From Owenia fusiformis (Eukaryota): DNA of 64,000 nt. The translations under genes and the position numbers were made by a program. Below the pieces are notes generated by a model. It was not told the origin of the DNA. It saw nothing but the letters and a program-made list of their open reading frames with translations, and did no database searches. This document shows positions 25,222-37,135 of the stretch, one piece after another (within the stretch, counting starts at the first letter, position 1; every line of letters starts with the position of its first letter). The stretch is from the NCBI GenBank assembly GCA_903813345.2, contig CAIIXF020000001.1, positions 45,818,001 through 45,882,000 of the forward strand, written 5' to 3'.

Positions 25222-25400
25222 GTGCAAGTGATTGCGGCTCCGAGAAGAGTATAACTGCCACCTATGAAGTCACAAAAGATCCTAGTGGCTCTATGGGGAT
25301 GAGTATAACAGGGGGTGTGGGGAGTCCAGTGGGGGATGCCCCCATCATCATTGCCAACATGATGCCAGGGGGCCCAGCAGCCAGACTACAGAAATTTAAG
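25222..25400 (+). CDS. MPDZ: MPDZ-like exon (start of PDZ12-equivalent); alternative in-frame acceptor at 25207
   Basis: CTCCAG| ASDCGSEKSITATYEVTKDPSGSMGMSITGGVGSPVGDAPIIIANMMPGGPAARLQKFK |GTAACC; GGVGSP.GD.PI.IA matches MPDZ PDZ12. Confidence 0.92.
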
Positions 25401-25804
25401 GTAACCTTGGGGTCAGTCATGTCGTGTAATGTACAGCGTCAAGTTTCATGAGTAACATTGAGACTGCATAGTTCATGTTGTAAAACTATCATAAACTTTA
25501 GCTATCACTTATATTTACAACACATTTTACACAATGGACGACTTTAGTGAGTCACCATCAAATTACATAGACACAACTAAAATACTAAACATACTTTAGA
25601 ATAAGCATCCACAGTACAGAACATCAATAATTCAGTAAAAATATAAACATAAAACATTTTAATTGGCCACACCTGACATACAGTAGTACCTTAGTAGAGG
25701 GGGTCTGAATTCATAATGCCTCCTTAGTTTAAAGCTCTTATATCTCTCTATCTATGTATCTTGATAGACACCTTCACCGGATTTCATTGATATTTTTATT
25801 GTAG

Positions 25805-25919
25805 ATCGGTGATGAGATTGTTGAGATCAATGGCACATCAACTGATGGCATGACCCAAGCTCAAGTGATTCAACTCATACAGAACTCACCAAACACTGTC
25901 AAGCTCAAAGTAGTGCAAG
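25805..25919 (+). CDS. MPDZ: MPDZ-like exon (end of PDZ12-equivalent)
   Basis: TTGTAG| IGDEIVEINGTSTDGMTQAQVIQLIQNSPNTVKLKVVQ G|GTATCA. Confidence 0.92.
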
Positions 25920-25950
25920 GTATCACAATCAAGCACAGATTATCTTTTTT

Positions 25951-26059
25951 AAGTCTTGCTTAAAGCCCTTGTTCTCTCATCTCCCTCACCCATTCTCAAT
26001 ACAATAAAGATCTGGGTCAGGAAAGAGCTGAGGAGACAGCCAGGCTTGTTGCAAGACTT
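25951..26059. mobile_element. Degenerate palindromic mini-element
   Basis: AAGTCTTGC...GCAAGACTT termini with partially pairing arms. Confidence 0.5.
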
Positions 26060-26975
26060 TTTCATTTTAGTTTCCTGTATATTATTTTGTTCGTTATCAG
26101 CATGACACGTGAATTGGATATCTGATATCTGTAATCGTTACTTCGATCAAGTAGGATTGGCTCCCAGAATTCCAACTCGATATTCTCCCATATAGAGACT
26201 CATGTGATTACAATTTGAAATCAAAAAGCCTCCATTTTTCACATAAATTGCGAATTTTGGTCTTATTTCCTCACAAAAATATCAATACAAGTGATCAAAT
26301 CTTTTGGATTACTCATTATGAATTTATAGTCAGTTATAATCAGGAGATAATAATATTTTCAATGTATGTCATCATTAAGGGTCAAGGTTTGTAAAATATT
26401 GGCCATTCTCATTGCAGTTCATTTGTGCAAACTTTGCCATAGCAATCAGTACTGAACAAATTACTCAGAGATTGATTGAGAAAAATTGAGCTGGAACCCT
26501 AGGGGTCAATCCTCCTTGTACTTTGATGGTGCAACATGTTGCATTTTGGGTGGTTGTGACTGCATGTGGATTTGTGGAACAGAAACTTGAATCTGAATTC
26601 TGAATCCCCAAAATGCCATCCATTCTCAGGGCTATACAAAACTTGATTTCAAGTATGCCATGATTGGGATTTCTTTGTTGTCTTTAAAACCTCAGAAAGC
26701 AATAAAGGTGCTAGACTCTGGGTGCAGTTTCTCAGACATTGTTAAATTATGGATTAAGTAAGGATTTCTAAAAAATATTTCTCGAGATGATCAACAAAGG
26801 ATGAAATACTAAATCCTTGGTAATGGCTGTATAAAAACCTCTTGCCCTTAATGTACAGACTCTCCAATTAGATGTTATCTGAATAGTCAGTTATTTTGAT
26901 TGATTGGACACCCTGTATATACAGTATGCAAATAACAGGTCTTGTTTAAAACTGATAGATAAATCTTGGTTCCAG

Positions 26976-27033
26976 GTGACAGTATTGTAGATAATGTTCA
27001 AGCCAACCAGTCCAACAAAACACCAATTATAGA
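26976..27033 (+). CDS. MPDZ: MPDZ-like 58-nt linker exon
   Basis: TTCCAG| (G)DSIVDNVQANQSNKTPII GA|GTAAGT; the only candidate I found giving the required phase 1 to 2 bridge to the last exon. Confidence 0.85.
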
Positions 27034-27057
27034 GTAAGTTGCAGTTTTCAGTCACTA

Positions 27058-27290
27058 TTTGAGCCTGGGCCACAGTAAAGGGGGTCTTATCACAGATTTT
27101 TCAATAATTTGTTTTTTGTTTATCTTAAAAAGCACAAAAAGACCTTTCAAATGAGCCATCACTTATGACTTAACGATTTTTCCTTGCATATATAGACCAA
27201 AAAGTCGGATTGTAATTTAGCACATTTTTGGCTCTGTAGCACAATTTTGATTTTTGTGATAAGACCGGTTTTCCTATGGTCAGGCTCATT
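27058..27290. mobile_element. MITE with ~37-bp imperfect TIRs
   Basis: TGAGCCTG...GGTCTTATCACA / TGTGATAAGACC...CAGGCTCA. Confidence 0.65.
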
Positions 27291-27302
27291 TTACATCGTA
27301 TA

Positions 27303-27510
27303 CTGTAAAAGCCCAAATTTTCAAGGTGCCCTAATTTCCACTATTTTCACTGAAGAGGCTAGACCTTGAAATTAAAGCCACGGTGAAAATTTGATTTAAC
27401 ATTGAATTCAATGGGATATTTCGTTAAACAGTGGAATTTAATGCCCATGAGACATTTCAGATTGACAAAATAGTGAATTTTTTTGTCAGCAAAAATGTGG
27501 ACTTTTACAG
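27303..27510. mobile_element. TA-flanked MITE (Tc1/mariner-pogo-like)
   Basis: TA|CTGTAAAAG...CTTTTACAG|TA. Confidence 0.65.
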
Positions 27511-28091
27511 TAGTTACCAATCATTGCTAAAACATGGAAACTAAATCGAAATCCCATCAGACTGTGAGTTTGATCTTAGTCAATTAGGGTTCCCGCTTGC
27601 TAACACATGTGTCCCCTAAGATAGTATGAAACAGCAAGCATACCTACAGTATGATGAAGAAAGATGTAACCATGTAAAATATGCTAGCCATTTGAGCTGA
27701 CTTTTAACTGCTGCATGAAGGTGCAGATATGCAGGGAAGAGATTATTATGGTCTAGTTGGTGTGCATGAACAAATTTAACATTATACAGTTCTAGGATAA
27801 ATTTTAGCTCTGGATTTTCTTAGACCCTCAGAGCTGTATAATGTAAATAAGGCATAAACCTTTAAAGTTTGTCTCATAATAAGGAGAGTTATGGGTCTTA
27901 CTACAGTAAAAGAAAATCGGTAAAGTAAATACCATAATTGAATGCTCATGCATATATTCCTGGAAACTGGTATCATATTTCTCTGTTTGTCTATCAAAAT
28001 ACATATCTGTATTTGTCATAAACTCTTATATATTACAAGTACATCTTTTTTTAATACAGTACAATTCTAACATGTCATGTGATATTTATAG

Positions 28092-28365
28092 ACAAAGCGG
28101 TGATGTAAGAGTCATTAAGCTGAAGCGAGGAGCAGATGGCTTAGGTTTTTCCATTGTCGGAGGTCACGGCAGTCCCCATGGTGATCTTCCCATCTATGTC
28201 AAGACTGTGTTTAACAAGGGGGCAGCGGCAGAGGATGGAAATCTTAAACGAGGAGATAGAATTTTATCAGTAAATGGGGAATCCTTAGACCATGTATCAC
28301 ATGAAGAAGCAGTCACTATACTTAAACAAGCCAAAGGAGAGATTGTGTTAAATGTGATGTCATAA
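28092..28365 (+). CDS. MPDZ: MPDZ-like last coding exon (PDZ13-equivalent) with stop codon
   Basis: TTATAG| QSGDVRVIKLKRGADGLGFSIVGGHGSPHGDLPIYVKTVF...EIVLNVMS*; GLGFSIVGG.GSPHGDLPIYVKTVF is the MPDZ terminal PDZ. Confidence 0.96.
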
Positions 28366-28440
28366 TGTTTATATGTGATGTCATAATGGGTTACATGTGA
28401 TGTCACAATGATTTCAATCTGATGTCATCATGGTTTAAAT
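28347..28440. repeat. Degenerate ~21-22-bp repeat (4 copies, ATGTGATGTCATAATG core) whose first unit contains the stop codon
   Basis: Visible units at ~28352, 28373, 28395 and 28417. Confidence 0.75.
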
Positions 28441-29785
28441 ATGCAAGACTTGGCCAAGCTTAGCAATAACCTGGTGGTTGGAGGTACTACGTATTACTGG
28501 TGACATACATCTACTAATGTACTTATAAAACAGCATTTGCAATGCACGGTTGACAATGTTCAATGAGTTATTTGGCATTAAATATCATAACCCTATTATA
28601 CAGAAATAGGTGTCAATTATTCATATTAATAGCTATGAAGAATATTGAATTGTTCATATTAAAAACTATTAAGAACATTAAATATTAAATTTTGAGTCGG
28701 ATTATATTTGCTGTATTTATCAGATGCAATCCTGAGCATATACAATACAAGTGGGGGTATTATTATTATAAGGTTTATTACAGTCTATAAAAACTGAAGA
28801 GATAATTCATTATTACACAAATCATGTGTTTGGCTATACAGAGTTCCTTCTGGAAAAGGGATTACACATTACAAGCCAGCCTGTATATTGTATCTTTACT
28901 ATAAATCTTCTCTTGTACAGAAATACTTGAAGATTTTTAGGAAAGCTATTCTATTTCTTTGTTAAAATTTAAATCAATTAAAAATAATGATAACTTTGTG
29001 TCATTAAGAATTATTGTGAGTGGCAATGTATGATGCTTAAGAAGCATTTTAATAGATAGCTATATGTGTCACATTTTATATGATGATATAAAGATGTAAA
29101 TTTTACTTATTAATTGTATAAAGCATCATTGTTAAGATATTCATATACCATTACATACAGGGTGTACATCAAGTAATTTATTCATCTTCCTTGGAGGACA
29201 CCCTGTAATGCTAGACATATTATACAACATTGACTATGGGAAGTCAGAATCAACACTATAAAGCATATTATATAGGGTATTTGGGATATATACACTATTC
29301 TATCTTCTTATATTAGAGTACTATAATGTAAACATTTTATATCGATTCTAATTGATTGCTATTTGAAAATTATTAACAATATGATTTGTTTTTTATTAAT
29401 ATTATACAACTTGGAATCATTGAATGACTTCATCACCTTTTTGCCAGAAATTATGAGAGTGCGTGAAAAAGAAAATTCTATTTAATTCACGAATTATATA
29501 TTGTCTGGGTTATCTATACTATAAATCTGTCAAACATCCCATACTTAATAAGAATAAGAAAAAACAGATATTTCAAGAAGTGGCATATTTGGTTTGAGTT
29601 TTTAAGTGTCTGAGTAATCATGAAAATATATGATATTTTGTTCTGTTTGATTATTAGCTCAGAGACCTACAGCATAAACAATACACCCACACTGTTGAGA
29701 AAAAAACATTGATTTTTGTGTTCGAAAAAACAGACATTTTTATCACTTAGTTTCATGACCTCATTTTCTTTTCTAAATTTTTTAA

Positions 29786-30385
29786 AGGAACATTCCTTGC
29801 CAGACTATTTCTCTCCTGATATGGTAGCTACAATCATGAATATACTTTACATATTTAGCAAAACACGGGAAAATGTTTTCATATGGTCAATATTTATCAT
29901 TTAAAAATGTAGTACTCATTCCCAGTAAGCTGCCATCTTTTCAGATTTCTTTCAGGAAGTGATGTCATCGACTCTCACCTGTTATAACCTTGTCTATTAC
30001 AGTATAGGAAAGAAGTACAAAATCACATCTAAACAAGAAGCCCTTGTCTTCTGTGTAAAAATATTTTCAGGAGTTGTCAACTTAGAACTAAAGAAGAGAT
30101 CATCAAAAGGATTTTAATCATAGACCAATTTGAAAAAAATATTCAGCTGGTTTAGTAATTCTAATAGCTCCTTACCTAATGTTATATGCAAAGTTTAGAG
30201 TCGATGACATCACTTCCTGAGTGAAATTTTAAAAGATGGCAGCCTACTGGAATTGAGCACTACATTTTAAGTGATCAATATTGACCATTTCAAAACATTT
30301 TTTTGTTTTTTGATAAACTTGCAAAGTATGTATATGGTTATAGCCACCATATTAGGAGAGAGATGGTCTGGCAAGGAATACCCCT
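29786..30385. mobile_element. 600-bp Kolobok-like non-autonomous transposon with ~190-bp TIRs and TTAA TSD
   Basis: TTAA|AGGAACATTCCTTGCCAGAC...GTCTGGCAAGGAATACCCCT|TTAA; inner TIR ends TCAGGAAGTGATGTCATCGACTCT / AGAGTCGATGACATCACTTCCTGA. Confidence 0.85.
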
Positions 30386-31187
30386 TTAAGGGTGTTGTAA
30401 TAATAGACCATGTTTAGTTGACCAAAATCGATCAGTAGTTTCACCCTATACAGACAGAGCCTGCAAAGAACAATTGATGCAGAGATTAATACTTTAAAAG
30501 ACAGCAGTGATAAATATTGCGTTTTGAAGAGCAAAATGGCCAGCATGTAATTTAACCAGCATGCCCTAAAGCTTATCAGATGGTCTACTCTTATCTGTAA
30601 AATTTCAAGTTGAAGATATAAGCATTGACACTATGGATATATGCTGGTATGAGGCAGGGATGCAAGCAACTGACTCACCATAAGAAATGCATTAATTGTA
30701 ATATTTCTTCATAGTAGAAATTGATCTTCAGTTGAATTATTTATGAGTTGAACAATAGTATTATTTACCCCTTACCTCAAATTTGCCTCACCATTTTAAT
30801 TTTGCCTCATCTATATTTTCATCTTTACTCCTCCCTGTTTGGTCTCATATTGCTGTTAGTCCTAGAAATGGCTGTAGAGGTAGAAATAGTTGTAAACTGT
30901 GGCATTGGAAGTCAGTGTTTGTAGGTCTAGTTGTTAAAGAATTACCCTAAGTCACAAAGTTTAGATATTTACAGAAGGGAAAATGTCACAATTAAAGTGA
31001 CTTTGAGGAATCCCTCTATTTCTTCCTAGATAATATTTATGATATGTTATAATACCATTTTATTATTATTATTGCAAAATACTAGTTGATGTTAATAATT
31101 TTATTATATTGTTCTTAATTTTGAATCATGTAAAAAATATTGATATTCTAAAGTAATATGCTAATGAATATATTATATTGGTTTATT

Positions 31188-31193
31188 AATAAA
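31188..31193 (+). terminator. Candidate polyadenylation signal of the MPDZ-like gene
   Basis: AATAAA in a U/A-rich context followed ~30 nt later by GT-rich TTGGTGTGTTCT; earlier ATTAAA variants are also possible. Confidence 0.3.
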
Positions 31194-31517
31194 AACGATA
31201 ACATTATTTAAGATTTATGTTAGATTGGTGTGTTCTATTATACTGTATTGAAGAAACAAATTATTATCATTAGATCTAAGGGTTATACACTTTTATTGAC
31301 AGATGGGTGTAGCAATAGATGCGTCTCAGATTTTATTTAATACATGTTGAATACCCCATCCCCAACATGAATACTATCAGATCTTTATACCAAAAGCTGT
31401 GTGGACATTTTCATAATGCAATATTTCATTGACTCACACGTCACTTGTAAATACTTATAAATGGCAATGAGTATTAAACATTTTTACCACCTGTTTGCTG
31501 TCCATTGGATTGTCGCC

Positions 31518-31650
31518 TTAAGCGTCGGACAGCTGGTCATTATCTGGTTACTCTTGATACTGACCAGTTGATTTTTTCACTAGGTATAGGAAAATAACAT
31601 TGCAACTGGTCAGTAATGCCATTTTGACCAGCAGCTCTGGAATCCTTAGG
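31518..31650. mobile_element. Degenerate palindromic MITE
   Basis: TACTGACCAGTTG / CAACTGGTCAGTA inverted pair and GCTGGTCA / TGACCAGC outer pair. Confidence 0.5.
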
Positions 31651-33844
31651 GCATACACTGTAAGGTGCCATGCTACTTACAGGAAATGACTAAACAGTGA
31701 CTGTATAGAGGTTATCCTATATGATGTTCATGATATTGTGATTATCCCGAGGCCAATATAATTATTACGACTTTAAGGAAATGACATTCACCCGTCCTTC
31801 AAGATCGGTCCTTCATTGCTTTCATAGCAACTGAGCTCATGTAATGAAATGAATTACTCTTGGGCCAAGGATGCGTTCACCATGACATTGTTACTTTTCC
31901 CCAAAGTGAACCGGGTTACCAACCCCCAAAGTCTAACCATGTCGGAAAAAAGTATTCTCAGTCACCATATGCATCAAATAAGTCTACTGAATTGAAGTCG
32001 CCACTTTCAAAGTCTTTCAAAAGACAACTATCTGAGGAAACACGTAAGTAAATCCGAGGGTAATATAAACTTCCTAACTAGCATTTGGTTGTCCATATTG
32101 ATTGTTCAATGTATACATGTCATACAATGTCAACATATTGTTTCCACGTCCACGCCAACCTAATTAAAATGTATTTTGGACTGGTAAACACGTCTCTCTT
32201 GCCTTGCCTGAATGACTGATTCAAGTAGGTTGTGAAAATCTCTATAAGGTTAATATAGAGCAGCAGGTTTATGGACACATCTATCTATACATACATCTAT
32301 AATCATTAATCTATGCAACTTTTGTAAAAAACATGCTTACATGTATTTCGTCAAATTTTTACGGAGACATTTACTTTTTGCTTAATTTATACTAAATTTG
32401 CTTAGATTTTGCCAAATTTGCTAAATTTACTTAAATGTTGCAAAATTTGCTTAATCTGGTCAAATTTGTTTAAATGTGGTCAAATATCCCAAATGTTGAC
32501 CAGTTTTGTTCATTTGGAACATTTAAGGGAATACTAGTGATTTATATTTTCTCTAATTTGGCCTGTTCTTTTCAAAGGTCCATTTACGAGTAAATCGCTA
32601 CATAAATTTTATGTTTCAACCACCCTGAATAATTAAGTCAGCAACATAAATAGCTCAGGACCATAACATAGCACAAAGTTACAGAAATTATCAGATATAG
32701 AACCGTCCAAATTTAATTCAAGTCTGTCAAACAGTTATTTTGAATTTTCAATCACTTGCAGAATGTGCTCTTAAAATATATAGGGCGCAAAAATTGGCAA
32801 GAATGTGAGTAGCGATGAGTGAAAACAATTTATGAAGTGAGTCCTGACCGAAAATAATAATGTTTGTTTCCTTGAATCAAACACTGCTCAAATTTTTATT
32901 TGATTATGTGTGTTTCCAAAATTAAGCCATTTGTGTTCCATTGTTTAAACATCTTCTTCATAATCAATGCACTCATGTGATCCCCAGCCAGTGTATAGTA
33001 ATATGTTATTATTGTGAGTGATCTTTATACTTGCTATTTGTTCTAATAATTACAGCATGAAAAAGTATGAACATTTTTAGTAAGAGTTTTTTTCTGGCGT
33101 TCAGAATTTTAGTGCATCAAGGGCATTGCATCACTGAGCTTTCACCAAAATTCTCTTTGGGGAGAAGTACATGTAAAGCCTCTCAATTTTATTCTTTTTT
33201 TTCTTTTTGCTCCGAAGGACAATTTTAGCCTCCATGGCCTGGAAACTCTAATACTGACCCAACTAAAATAAAATTATATTACCATAAACTCATAAATACG
33301 CTTCATGTTAAATCAACATAAATGTTATTTAATACGTAGTGAGGTAAGATCAAGACAATATAAAGAAACAATGTCATGGCAAACTTAACGTCGTATACCT
33401 CCAAAGAAAAATTAATTTGTCGGAATTCTTTCATTGATTTGGGAAACTGAAGTGTCTGGATGATGTATAAAATTGCATTGTTAATCTAATCAATATTTCA
33501 AGATGATAGGGTTACAATTATAGAAACTATGATCATTTTTGTGAAAAAATGATCATTTCTTTCCAAAATTTATCATGTGCTTTCTTGAAGGTTTGAGACG
33601 TTCTAGACCGTGTTCAGACGAAATGTTGAGACGCAGTGATACAAGAGATATATCTGCATGGTATGGCCAATGTTTCCACGAAAGGGAAAGAACCATATTC
33701 TGTCAAAACGTCGAAATAAATGAGTACTTACAAATCTCCCGCCGAAAATACTTGTATAACGTCCTAAACCGGTGTGTAGATAGGAAATAATAATCTTATA
33801 AATAGATTTTCAGTGCCTCAAGACTTCGTGAGACTCTCTCTAAT

Positions 33845-34665
33845 AATTAAACAAAAGGAAATAGGTGGGTTTAGGGAAATAATAACTAATAATAATAATT
33901 TGTGTGCCCCAGGGCTCAGTCCTTGGGCCGACATTATTCATATTATATGTAAATGACATGTTTAAGGTTTCCAATATTCTTAAAAGCGTAATATTTGCTG
34001 ACGACACTAATTTGTTGGCCTCAGATAAAGATTTGAATTATCTCTAATAGAAAAGGTTAATAATGAACTTGATCTTATGGACGATTGGTTCAAAGCAAAT
34101 AAATTGTCAATAAACTATTCTAAAACAAAATTTATCTTGGTCAATAAACAGAAACGACAAATCTTTAGAGATATCAAAATTGATATGTCCGGGAAAAAAA
34201 TTGAAAGAGTAAAATCTATCAACTTTTTAGGTGTCATTGTTGATGAACATATTACCTGGAAAGAACATATTAAACATATAGAAGCAAAAATATCCAGAAC
34301 AATTGGTCTCTTATATAAGATTCGCCACTTATTGAATAAAACAAGTCTTTTGGCAATCTATAATTCCCTGATATACTCACATATAAATTACTGTAATTTA
34401 ATCTGGGGTGGCCATAGCAATGCTCATACAAATGAGCTGCATTCCCTACTTCTATTTCAAAAGAGATTCCTTTGAATATTAGACAACCAGCCAAGAATGG
34501 CACATTCAGCACCTCTCTTTAAGAAGTACAACATTTTACCTGTAAACCAGGTGTATGAATTTAATGTTTCGAATTTTGTCTATTGTTGTATTTACCAGGA
34601 ACCTGTTTATTCAAAACTATATAATGATTATTTTAATCAAAATGAATATTTTCACAATTATCCTA
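33845..34665 (+). mobile_element. CR1-type (Jockey/CR1 group) LINE relic, RT C-terminal part, frameshifted
   Basis: VPQGSVLGPTLFILYVNDM...IFADDTNL...WFKANKLSINYSKTK...FLGVIVDEHITWKEHI...YNSLIYSHINYCNLIWG...HSAPLFKKYNIL. Confidence 0.92.
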
Positions 34666-35188
34666 CCATATTCTTCAAACTTGTTCCATTCAAAGCAAGA
34701 CAAAAATCCCTTTTTGATGGTACATTATTTCCCTGCTTCCAGCGGCATTTTGGTCCCCAGCTGTAAGAAGGCCTTCTAACAGCTGGGGACCAAAACGCTG
34801 CCAGAACGAGGGACTCTTTACCAGGGGCGGATCTGGGAACCAACAAGGGGGGGGGGGCCCAAACTTGTGGTCTGAGAAAAAAAACCAAAAGTGGGCCCAA
34901 ATTTTGAAATTTTGAGGCCCATTTTCTTCAAAATTTGGCCTAAAATTAAAAAACAAGGCCTTAGAAGGCCAATTTAAGACCTAAAAGGCCTGCTTTTTGG
35001 GGCCTTATAGCCTTTTTTGGCTCAAAATTTTTTTTGGGCACAATTTTTTTTTTCTGGGCCCACCCAAGGGGGGGGGGGGGCGGGCCCCTGGGCCCCCCCC
35101 AGATCCGCCAGTGTTTACAATAAAGTAATGCACCGACAGAAAGGCAATTTTGTTCTGCTTTTAATGGTATAAGTTTGAAGAAGAACGG
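34666..35188. mobile_element. Fully palindromic ~230-bp MITE interrupted by a second MITE
   Basis: TTCTTCAAACTT / AAGTTTGAAGAA termini, centre of symmetry GAAGGCCTTC at 34768-34777, TA/TG flanks. Confidence 0.75.
34822..35113. mobile_element. GC-ended hAT-like MITE (CAGGGGCGGATCT...AGATCCGCCAGTG)
   Basis: TIRs visible, TTTAC on both sides; a second family member lies at 54772-54979 in the opposite orientation. Confidence 0.8.
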
Positions 35189-35284
35189 TGCAGTATGAGA
35201 CTCGCAATCCTTGATTTTCAAGCACGTGGTAGGTCAAAAATTCAAATTAACGGTCGAAGTTAGGACCGCGTGGTGATGATGCCA

Positions 35285-35907
35285 GTGGTGCTATAGTCCA
35301 TGGTATGACTTCCGAATATGAAGGATCCGTACCACAGGGGTCTGTCCTTGGACCCCTGCTATTTCTAATATATATCAACGATCTGCCTGATGAGTAAGTT
35401 TCAAATTCGTTCATTTTTGCTGATGACACCTCAATTCATTGTCCATACGAAAAAATGAAGTGTTTTTCAATATTCACGAGCCAATCCAAAGTGATCTAGA
35501 CAAGCTTGCTCTCTGGGCTGCCACCTGGAAGATGCAATTCAAAGCTAAAAAAATGCATGATTTTTTCTAGAAGGAACATTTTATCTCATCCACCACCTTT
35601 GAGATTAGGTGCTGATGTTATCCCTAGCTGTGAGAATCACAAACATCTTGGCCTTAATTTTGACAATCACCTTAACTTTAATTATCACATTGACCAGATT
35701 ATAAAAAGAGTTACTTCTCTTTTGAGACCGATGATGAAGCTGAGTAAAATTATAAATAGTCAGCACTTAGAGATATTATATAATACTTACATTATGCCTC
35801 ATTTTGACTATTGTGATGTCATTTACAACAAGGCATCTAACATGAAATTACAAGCTCTTGAAAGACTTCACTACAGAGCAGCTTGCCTGGTTTCTGGGGC
35901 TATACAT
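35285..35907 (+). mobile_element. Second CR1-type LINE relic, 5' part
   Basis: SVPQGSVLGPLLFLIYINDLPD...FIFADDTS...IQSDLDKLALWAATWKMQF...HKHLGLNFDNHLNFNYHI...LYNTYIMPHFDYCDVIY...AACLVSGAIH, with frameshifts. Confidence 0.92.
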
Positions 35908-37052
35908 CACGATGCCCATGTCAAGCAGCGTGCCTACTAGGCACGCAGTTTGAAACTCTGACAAACTGCGCGCATATTTCAAAATGTGACACGGGGAGGA
36001 CACTACTCCCAAAAAGAGCCAAAATACGAAAAATACAAGGTTAGTCTCGTTCTAAAGATAGTACCATTCTGTGAAGATGAACTTAATTTACTCATAGTAC
36101 TCAATGTTTTTCCCGATGTAAACCTAGTTATCTCAATATAAGGGTCTTGAGTAACTTCTGTGTTCAAAATTTACAGTGTAAAGTTATATCTATGTCTTTT
36201 TATCGTCATTTGCCGTTTATTCAGCCATTGTGTCTGTGTATGCTAGAATATTGTAGCGGTAGCACAATTTTTATATTCATTTATTTTCATTAATTAATTT
36301 CATATTTATTTCTCATATTTTTCGTGGAACATTTAACATGGTTAAAAAGAACAGTCTTTTGCCAATATTATAGTTTTTATTTCATGCAAAAAGGTGTTTT
36401 AGTTTTTGTGTAAGATTACTTTAAATAACTAGTGTAAATGGACATGTTTTTTTGATTTACCGGCCACGCGCCATACATTCTTGTCATTTTCAGTTACTCA
36501 TGTTTTGTTCGGGTAAATAGCGAGATAAATACAAGATCATTAATTCTGGGAATTATTTGTTAAAATAAGGCTGAATTATTCTTTTTAACAGTTTTTACTT
36601 CATTGAAATTGGTGTAATATTTACAGAGATATCGTCATTTGAAAACATGTATTTTTAGTGAAGGTTTATGTTTCTTACGGCATTTAGCCGACTTTTTCAC
36701 AAACTTTCTCACATAACAATTTGATTGACAGCTCGCTTTAGGTGTATTACGTCTTTGATCTGACAGATATTTTGACAGTGTAGGAAGTTTTCAAACTTGT
36801 TGTCATAGTAGCCTTTCCTTATATGGAAATAGATGTTCCGGAATCTTAGCGTTCTCATGATCGTTCGAGAGAAGGTCAGTCCCGAGTTTGCATCTGAAGA
36901 GACAGGTGGTTGAATTTGTACACTTTTATATAGTCCTGAGTTTGTATCTGAAGAGATAGGAGGTTGAATTTCTCCAATTTTATAGTCTCAAGTTTAGTAT
37001 TTTGCGAGCATCTCTGTCTTTGGATTATTATTATCATTCGATCATACTTGTA

Positions 37053-37120
37053 CAACTGGATTTATAACTGGATTTATTACTGGATTTATAACTGGATTTA
37101 CTGGATTTATAATTGGATTA
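37053..37120. repeat. 12-bp repeat ACTGGATTTATA (~6 copies)
   Basis: Visible tandem units. Confidence 0.85.
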
Positions 37121-37135
37121 TACGTATTGGATTTA

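Noticed and set aside
27621..27700. Alternative candidate for the exon between PDZ12 and PDZ13
   Set aside because: No phase-2 donor; 26976-27033 fits with canonical sites.
33904..35340. Both LINE relics appear to start at the VPQG motif (truncation hotspot)
   Set aside because: Degenerate RT-like sequence continues upstream in both, so the coincidence reflects where conservation becomes visible.
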